Positions 15,807 through 21,823 of a stretch of DNA of 21,823 nt are shown piece by piece. The stretch lies in the NCBI GenBank assembly GCA_031409335.1, contig JANNWY010000280.1, positions 1-21,823 of the forward strand, written 5' to 3'. The notes below the pieces were generated by a model. It was not told the DNA's origin, ran no database searches, and saw only the letters and a program-made list of their open reading frames with translations. This DNA is from Chthoniobacteraceae bacterium (GTDB lineage: Bacteria > Verrucomicrobiota > Verrucomicrobiia > Chthoniobacterales > Chthoniobacteraceae). The translations under genes were made by a program, and so were the position numbers. Each line of letters starts with the position of its first letter. Positions within the stretch are counted from its first letter, which is position 1.

Positions 15807-16019
15807 TCAGGCGGCGTGCAGCAGCTCTTTGCGGAATTCCTCCAACACCGCGATCACCTGCTCGCGCTTTACGCTCGGAAAGCCTTCGAGAAAGTCACCG
15901 ATGGAATCGCCCGCCTCCAAATGGTCGAAGAGGCTTTGCACCGGGACGCGAGTTCCGACGAAAACAACCGTGCCCCCTAATATCTCCGGGTCCACATGAA
16001 TGACGGATTCGAGTTTCAT
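15807..16019 (-). CDS. DUF433 antitoxin
   Basis: DPEILGGTVVFVGTRVPVQSLFDHLEAGDSIGDFLEGFPSV, the canonical DUF433 pattern. Confidence 0.92.
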   Translation of the reverse strand: MKLESVIHVDPEILGGTVVFVGTRVPVQSLFDHLEAGDSIGDFLEGFPSVKREQVIAVLEEFRKELLHAA

Positions 16020-16025
16020 AGTGCG

Positions 16026-16053
16026 AGGCTACGTGAATCGACAGTGTGTTCAA
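16026..16053 (-). promoter_or_regulatory. Candidate sigma70 promoter for DUF433-DUF5615 (leaderless)
   Basis: TTGAAC-16 nt-TAGCCT-6 nt-ATG on the minus strand. Confidence 0.35.
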
Positions 16054-16075
16054 GCTGGCCTTTTTGCGAACCACG

Positions 16076-16272
16076 TCACGTCACGTTGAGCACCAGGTTG
16101 GTGGCGGTGTAGGCGGGGGTGAAGGTGCGGGGGCCGGCGGTGGTGCCGGTCACGGTGCCGAAGGTGCCGCTGTGGTTGGTGTAGGTCAGTATTGGGAAGG
16201 CATCGCTCACGCTCGGGATGAAGCCCGTCGGGCGGGCGATGTTCAGCGTGCCGATGATGGCGGCGATGCCGT
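16076..16272 (-). repeat. Repeat A1: copy of the giant gene's 3' end
   Basis: GIAAIIGTLNIARPTGFIPSVSDAFPILTYTNHSGTFGTVTGTTAGPRTFTPAYTATNLVLNVT*, open frame with its own stop. Confidence 0.93.
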
Positions 16273-16278
16273 GCGGTT

Positions 16279-16362
16279 GGGATGACTTACACGCTTACGA
16301 TCACGCATTGGGTCACGAGCGCGGCGGGGACGAGGATTGTGCCTTGGTTCAATTCGCCTGAC
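16279..16362 (-). repeat. Repeat B1: orphan 3'-end fragment of a second gene
   Basis: SGELNQGTILVPAALVTQCVIVSV* (stop at 16287-16289); near-identical to 14412-14498. Confidence 0.85.
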
Positions 16363-16406
16363 ATTTACGACTCATCCGCATGCAAGACTCACGGCTCATG
16401 GCCTTT

Positions 16407-17057
16407 TTATTTTGATGGGGCTGTTCCTGGCCGGGTTCGCAACGGCCGCGAGCAGAAGCGCCTGCCGCGATACCACACGCACCGAACTCCCTGCTCATTT
16501 TCTGGATCAGTTCTAAACTTCGACTCGATCTTTTCACGAAGACCGTCGTAAGTGCGAACCTCGCAGAAACCACCGCGCTCCAGACTGAGCGACTCAAAGC
16601 GTTCTTTGCGGCGCACGTTACTGATTGAGTTTCGGCGTCCGACGACCAGGAGCGATTTCACGACAAAGAAACCCGCCTTCGTTTCTCCTGTTCCATAGTA
16701 GAGAGGTGCAAAAAGCGACGAAAGCTCATTTTGGTGGCGGGCGCCCCACACCGTCCAGTCCCGGACCTGTTGGGCAGCATGATTGAATTGCGCAGTAAAC
16801 TCATCATTGGCGGTGAAGAACGTTAAAGAGGGCGACTCCAACTCGATGAGATGCAGATAGGTTGGTCCCGAAGTCGGCTCGATGAAGGCGAAGTCTGCTC
16901 GGAATTCAGTTCCAAGACGCAGTTGCGATACGACTGTATGCGCCAGGACGTAGCTTGACTCCACGAGCAAGTGGGGATGCCGTTCAAAGAATCGCTGAAT
17001 AGGTTTCTCGGCAGCCGGACCCCTCAGCAACTCATCAAATTCAGTATCGAGAGGCAT
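16407..17057 (-). CDS. DUF4263 (Shedu SduA-like) PD-(D/E)xK nuclease
   Basis: EKPIQRFFERHPHLL, RADF, LIELESP, AAQQVRDW (QxxxW), LVVGRR and VRTYDGL; lower GC than the flanks. Confidence 0.82.
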   Translation of the reverse strand: MPLDTEFDELLRGPAAEKPIQRFFERHPHLLVESSYVLAHTVVSQLRLGTEFRADFAFIEPTSGPTYLHLIELESPSLTFFTANDEFTAQFNHAAQQVRDWTVWGARHQNELSSLFAPLYYGTGETKAGFFVVKSLLVVGRRNSISNVRRKERFESLSLERGGFCEVRTYDGLREKIESKFRTDPENEQGVRCVWYRGRRFCSRPLRTRPGTAPSK

Positions 17058-17133
17058 CTTGCGATACAGTGCTTTTGCTCGTCGTCTGCTGCCAGGCGTT
17101 GAATGAGAATCGATCCATGCTCTTCGCGTCGGG

Positions 17134-20100
17134 CTATATTACATTGAGCGTCAGGTCGAGTGGGTTATAGGCGAGGTTGAAGATGCGGGGGCCGGCGGTG
17201 GTGCCGGTCACGGTGCCGAAGGCGCCGGTGTGGCCAGTGTAGGTCAGGATTGCGAAGGCGTCGCTCACGCTCGGAATGAAGCCGGTCGGGCGGGCGATGT
17301 TCAGCGTGCCGACGATGGCGGCGATGCCGTCCACCTGGATGCGGCCAAATTGCGTGATGGCAGTCCCGGTGATGTCCACGGTCACACTGCGGTTGGAAGC
17401 CATCGTGAAATTGCCGAGAGCGTGCAGCAATCCTCCCGCATGAATGGCGATGTCGGTCTTGTCCGCGGTGAATGTGCCGACGGTCATTGTTCCGGCGGAT
17501 ATATCAAAGCGTGTGGAGCCAGTGCCGATAATTGTCGCAAGGCTGTTCATGTTAATCTGCCCGCCGGTGGCCACGTTGAAGTCGAGCCGGTCGTAGCTGT
17601 TGCGTGCCGGTGCCGTAATCGATTGCAAAGCATTCATCTCGATCACCCCGTTACTGCTGGCGCTCACCGTATGGACTCGCCCGTTGTCATCGTCAAACCA
17701 GCCATCGTTGAAGACTTGCAGATTGGGGAAGCTCAGCCTGGTGCCATTGCCCGCCACCGACATCAGCGTGTCATTGAGGAACGGCAATCCATCCGCCCGG
17801 TAACTGGACGCCGGAATGCTCAACTGCGCTCCGCCGCTCAGCAGGAAACGGCTGTTGTCCACGTTGGTGAGCAATGGCGCATCAAAGACTGAATTCGTGC
17901 CGTTGTAGTTCAGAGTTCCGAACGTGAAGAACTGCAGCGTCGGGAAGTGGAAGTCGCCTCCGCGAACTGAGATCAAATCACCGCCGTCGAGCAAGGCGTT
18001 CTGCGCGGTGAGGCTGGCGTTGAGGCCGTCCACGATGAGGTCGGCTCCGTTGCTTACTTTCAGGATGCCGGCGATGTCGGAGGCGCCGGTGAGGGTGAGC
18101 GAGCCGCCGGTCACTTGCAGGGTGTCTTCGGTGAGGATGCTTTGCACTTTGATCGCACCGCTGGAGATGGTCACCGCTTTGCCGGGGTTCAGGGGCAGGG
18201 CGACGATGTCGCCGGCGGTGGGCAGGGTGCCGTTTTCCCAGTTGGCGAGGCTGTTCCAGTCGCCGCCGTCGGCGTTGATGAAGGTCTTGGTCGCATTGAC
18301 CACGCTGAAGTGCCGGTCGAGCGGGGTGGTGCCGAGGGCGTTGCCGCTGAGGTCGTGGAGGTTGGCGGCGTCGAGGCGCAGGGTGTAGGCGCCGGCGGCC
18401 AGCGGGTCGAAGGTGAGGGAGACTTGTTTGCCGAGCTGGCTGAAGGTCACGGTCTTCACGGGGACGGTCGCGCCGCCGGGGCCGGTGAGCGTGAAGTGAT
18501 CGGCTGTGAGGTCGGTCTGGGTGAGGGCTTCGTTGAAGAAGAGGCGCACGGTTTGCAGGCCGCCGGAGCGGGTGCCGCCTTCGGCGGGGTTCGAGCCGGT
18601 GAGGGCCGGGGCGGTGGTGTCGGCGATCAGGTCGAAGGTGAGCGTGTTCGAGAGGCCCACGTTGCCGCCGGTGTCGGTCGCGCGAATCTGGAGCGCGGTC
18701 TGGCCGCCCGCGGTGAGGCCGGCGGGGATGGCGCCGAACTCGAACGGGAACGAGGTGTCCGTGCCGATGACCACGCCGTCCTTGAGCAGTTCGACCGAGG
18801 CCACCTGCGTGTCGTCGGCCACGGTGAGTTTGATGGGAATGAGAGAGCCGGCCTGGACTTGCACGCCGGGCGCGACCGGGTCGCGATCGGCGCCGGTATG
18901 GGTAAGCGTCGCGGTGGGCGGCACGCCGGCGGTGTCGGCGGAGAGATAGTTCACCACCACGAGCCCGCCGGTGCCGTCAGCGATGAAGGCCATGCCGTTG
19001 GCAATGGTCACATCTTGGGGATCGGCGGGCAGGGTAAATTGCGTGACAAGGTTGTTTGTCTTCGTCACGTCCGTGACGCGGAGCAGATGGACGAGGTTGC
19101 CGAGAACGGCGGGGCTGCCGACGGCCACGGCGAGACCCGAACCGTTCAGCGCGATCCCATGCCCCGCGATGTTGATCGCATCCACGCCACTGAGCAGTGT
19201 CAGCGCATTGGGATTGGAAACATCCACCGTCGCATAACCGCCAGCCGCGCTGTTCGTAGCCGACTCCGTTGAGATGTAAGCGACGCCATCACCCACTGTC
19301 AGCTTTCCACCGCCCACCGGTGCGGTAATCGAACCCTGCTTTACGACGGACGGTCCGCTGAGGTTGAATACCGTGAGATGGTTCCCGGCGTCCATTGTGT
19401 AAAGATGATCGCCCTCAATGGCGATCCCCGTTATCGCATCGTTTCCGACCGAAACGGTCTGAAACAATTCGCCCGTTTCGAGGCTATAAGCTCGGATGAC
19501 CGTGCCGTCATTCGCGTAAGCAATCCCGGCGTGAATTTCGACTTGAGTGGCATTGATTGGGATCGAGTGAGTTAGGACCGGCGCACGGGTGTCCACAATG
19601 TCGAGAAAGTTTAAGCCGCCCACACCGGCTGCCACCGCAGCAAGTGCCAAACCAGAGTCAACTGCAACATCCACCGCATCCCCAGAAAGGTCTATCTCGG
19701 ATATTACTGCTGGTGCCGCTCCTATTCCCGCAGACACCACAGCCAGTCCACCGCTGCCCGATGCGACGTAAGCAAGAGGCTGAAGTCCATTCGGATTGCT
19801 GATAACGACTGCTTTCGCTTCGCCATTTAGATTTACCGAAGAGATAATCCCTGTATTTGCAGATCGCCCCCCAATTGGACTCAATCCCGAGCGAACCTCC
19901 GGTCCGTCCTCAACCCCGTCATGGTCCGTGTCGGCTAATGAATTAGAAGTTCCAAGGACCAGTTCTGCGGCGTCGGCAAGCCCATCGGAATCTAAGTCTG
20001 GTAGCTCGGAGCAAGAGGCAAGTATCGGTCGATGCCACCCATATCCAAGCCGAGTGTCATCGTATCCAGGGCCCCAAGAAACACTATCAGTAATGCGGTC

Positions 20101-21690
20101 GTAGAACCCTGCCGCGACGACTTTGGAATCCGACGGAATGAAAATCTCTAACTTTCCATACGCTTGCGTCATTCCTCGGAATATCTGGCGATCACCACCG
20201 GCACTTTCGGTAACGATCGCGTAATTCATCGGGTATCCTGGTTCGTTACCGAGGGTGTCGTTCCCTTTTTGCCGCAGGCCTTCCGTTATTTCGCCAAAGA
20301 CACTATTCAGATAGGAAAGCAGATCACTGCCGACGATCGCTTCCATCTGTGCCAACAATCCACGAACTTGGTTTTCAACTCCAAAAGGAACCGTTTCCTG
20401 TTTGACAACAAATGGATACACGACGTCCAAAACTTGGGTGGCGAGTCCTGAAATAGCAGCCCAAATTCCGTTACCTACGGCGGTGCTCGCAACTGACGCC
20501 AACCGTGGAGTACTGCCGCCCAGAATGCACGGTGGAACATTGTCGCAGTCGGCAGCTGAAAGTCCGCTCAATATGCATGACAAAACAGTGACCGCTATTC
20601 CAACAGGATTTCCTCCACCACCGGTGGCGAGTCCATAGCCACATACTAATCCGCCGCCGATTGTGAACAGACCACATTTCGAGAAGTCAGGGTTTGGCAC
20701 ACTTCCGGGCGGACAGGGGTTATTCGGTAATGGCGGTGGGGGATTCGGAGTAGGCGTGCCATTCGGGGTGGCAGGAGGAGTGTTAGTTGGGACTGGTGTG
20801 GGCGGCGAGGGCACCGGTCGTCCAGCCGGTGCTACATGTGTCCATCCAGGTTTCGTAACGCCACTGCCGGGATCTGTAACAACACTAAGACCGTCTGGGG
20901 AAACTGTCGCCGTTCCATTGAGTTCCAGCCGTCCTGTTGTGTGATCGAAACTCATGAGGTTCAGTTTCGTTCCCGGAGCAGCGTTAAATAAGTTCGGAAA
21001 CGAAATCTTGAGTGGTTCTGCGAACGTGGACGCATTCGGCGCCTGGATAGTAATATCGAATGCGTGCTGAAGCAGGCCAGGCGGGAGCATGTCCCGAATT
21101 AGCTCAGGCGGGACGGTGCTGATGCCAATTTGAGGATTGCTTAGCGGCTGTCCGTCGGCACCCAACACACTGCCGGGTTGAACTTCCAATTGCAGAAACG
21201 GACGCTGGGCGTCGGTCAGGTTTGGGGCGGACTTGGCATCGACGCCGATCATCGTGTTTCCAATCGCGCTTACGTCTTGCAGGATCGAGGTCTGCAAGCG
21301 CGGGAGATAGACTTCCTTGCGGCCGGCGTTGGCGATCTGGTCGGCGGTTTCGCCCATCGAATCCATGACGGTGTTGGCTGTGCCGGGGACGATTTTCAGG
21401 TCCATGACCATCTCCGGGAAGTAGAAGCCGGCGGGCTTGTTCGTGGCGGTGTTGCCATCGATGGCGAGCTTCACGTTTCCACCGGGGACGCTCGGGAGGG
21501 TGAAATTGCCCTGGGCGTCGGTGGTGGTGAAGACGGTGTTTTCCAAGCCGACGACGAAGACTTTCACGCCGGCGATGGGATTGAGGAAGACGTCGTCGGC
21601 GGTGTGCGCGATGCCGTCGGGGCCGGCGCGGAAGTCGTCGAAGGTCATCGGCTTCAAGTCGATGCCGGGATCGACGACCTTGCCGCTAAC
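17134..21690 (-). CDS. Giant multidomain surface/secreted protein, 3' portion (interrupted at 21690 by an IS, so probably inactivated)
   Basis: About 1,520 open codons: carboxypeptidase-regulatory-like Ig region, Pro-rich linker, Cys/hydrophobic segment, DxDxDG Ca-binding repeats, LVIVD-like propeller, Ig-like domains, beta-helix-like region and a C-terminal beta domain (A0, 17134-17330). Confidence 0.8.
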   Translation of the reverse strand, partial: VSGKVVDPGIDLKPMTFDDFRAGPDGIAHTADDVFLNPIAGVKVFVVGLENTVFTTTDAQGNFTLPSVPGGNVKLAIDGNTATNKPAGFYFPEMVMDLKIVPGTANTVMDSMGETADQIANAGRKEVYLPRLQTSILQDVSAIGNTMIGVDAKSAPNLTDAQRPFLQLEVQPGSVLGADGQPLSNPQIGISTVPPELIRDMLPPGLLQHAFDITIQAPNASTFAEPLKISFPNLFNAAPGTKLNLMSFDHTTGRLELNGTATVSPDGLSVVTDPGSGVTKPGWTHVAPAGRPVPSPPTPVPTNTPPATPNGTPTPNPPPPLPNNPCPPGSVPNPDFSKCGLFTIGGGLVCGYGLATGGGGNPVGIAVTVLSCILSGLSAADCDNVPPCILGGSTPRLASVASTAVGNGIWAAISGLATQVLDVVYPFVVKQETVPFGVENQVRGLLAQMEAIVGSDLLSYLNSVFGEITEGLRQKGNDTLGNEPGYPMNYAIVTESAGGDRQIFRGMTQAYGKLEIFIPSDSKVVAAGFYDRITDSVSWGPGYDDTRLGYGWHRPILASCSELPDLDSDGLADAAELVLGTSNSLADTDHDGVEDGPEVRSGLSPIGGRSANTGIISSVNLNGEAKAVVISNPNGLQPLAYVASGSGGLAVVSAGIGAAPAVISEIDLSGDAVDVAVDSGLALAAVAAGVGGLNFLDIVDTRAPVLTHSIPINATQVEIHAGIAYANDGTVIRAYSLETGELFQTVSVGNDAITGIAIEGDHLYTMDAGNHLTVFNLSGPSVVKQGSITAPVGGGKLTVGDGVAYISTESATNSAAGGYATVDVSNPNALTLLSGVDAINIAGHGIALNGSGLAVAVGSPAVLGNLVHLLRVTDVTKTNNLVTQFTLPADPQDVTIANGMAFIADGTGGLVVVNYLSADTAGVPPTATLTHTGADRDPVAPGVQVQAGSLIPIKLTVADDTQVASVELLKDGVVIGTDTSFPFEFGAIPAGLTAGGQTALQIRATDTGGNVGLSNTLTFDLIADTTAPALTGSNPAEGGTRSGGLQTVRLFFNEALTQTDLTADHFTLTGPGGATVPVKTVTFSQLGKQVSLTFDPLAAGAYTLRLDAANLHDLSGNALGTTPLDRHFSVVNATKTFINADGGDWNSLANWENGTLPTAGDIVALPLNPGKAVTISSGAIKVQSILTEDTLQVTGGSLTLTGASDIAGILKVSNGADLIVDGLNASLTAQNALLDGGDLISVRGGDFHFPTLQFFTFGTLNYNGTNSVFDAPLLTNVDNSRFLLSGGAQLSIPASSYRADGLPFLNDTLMSVAGNGTRLSFPNLQVFNDGWFDDDNGRVHTVSASSNGVIEMNALQSITAPARNSYDRLDFNVATGGQINMNSLATIIGTGSTRFDISAGTMTVGTFTADKTDIAIHAGGLLHALGNFTMASNRSVTVDITGTAITQFGRIQVDGIAAIVGTLNIARPTGFIPSVSDAFAILTYTGHTGAFGTVTGTTAGPRIFNLAYNPLDLTLNVI

Positions 21691-21823
21691 AGCCTGTTGA
21701 AAAACCTTCCAACAAGGCAGAGCTAGAAGGATAGATAGAGGCAATATGTTTGAGCGACGCGAAGACAGCGAAAAACAAAAAGAACTCTGGGTGCTTGCAG
21801 GAGAGTTACCCGAAGCCACGCCC
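21690..21823 (+). mobile_element. Left end of an IS1182/IS5-like insertion sequence
   Basis: Abrupt compositional break at CTAA|CAGCCTGTTGAAAAA (TIR-like sequence), followed by a GAGG RBS and a new ORF. Confidence 0.7.
21746..21823 (+). CDS. Transposase N-terminus (IS1182/IS5-like), partial
   Basis: MFERREDSEKQKELWVLAGELPEATP resembles the QxELW...ELP N-terminus of DUF772-type transposases; runs off the window edge. Confidence 0.6.
   Translation, partial: MFERREDSEKQKELWVLAGELPEATP

Noticed and set aside
14121..17133. attC sites between cargo genes (for example CCCTAAC near 14165)
   Set aside because: No paired RYYYAAC...GTTRRRY boxes with internal palindromy were found at the cargo boundaries by eye; a covariance-model search would be needed to exclude them fully.
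14189..17330. A repeats as the template and variable repeats of a diversity-generating retroelement
   Set aside because: Differences between copies include C/T and G/C changes and indels rather than adenine-only substitutions, and no reverse transcriptase is in the window.
21691..21819. Signal-peptide-like N-terminus of the 1561-aa ORF
   Set aside because: This is fortuitous read-through into the antisense strand of an IS end.

Overview
GC-rich bacterial window, most likely Verrucomicrobiota or another PVC lineage (inferred from DUF1501, an ARC-type ATPase and the secreted-protein architectures). Bases 1-10 kb hold housekeeping and secreted-protein genes: the 5' half of a type II topoisomerase B subunit, a LOG-family protein, an HExxH peptidase, DUF4142, an orphan ARC/Mpa-like AAA ATPase, tRNA-Arg(CCT), sufE-tatD and a choice-of-anchor-Q-like surface protein. 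Bases 10.1-12.5 kb are mobile-element debris: an internally deleted IS1380, an IS630 and a decayed integron-integrase 3' half. A DUF1501 gene follows. From 14.2 kb onward is the most unusual part. A giant, mosaic, IS-interrupted surface-protein gene (minus strand) is followed by three extra copies of its own last ~60 codons. Two of these copies are fused to a 3'-end fragment of a second gene, and each interval between repeats holds a co-oriented defence or toxin-antitoxin cargo (Shedu-like DUF4263 nuclease; DUF433/DUF5615; RHH antitoxin/VapC). Separately, a tiny 18-19 bp element (CCCTTCGACAGGCTCAGG-like) has inserted five times; four insertions add exactly core+9 bp, and three of these are in frame. 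All family calls come from motif recognition by eye, not from database searches.
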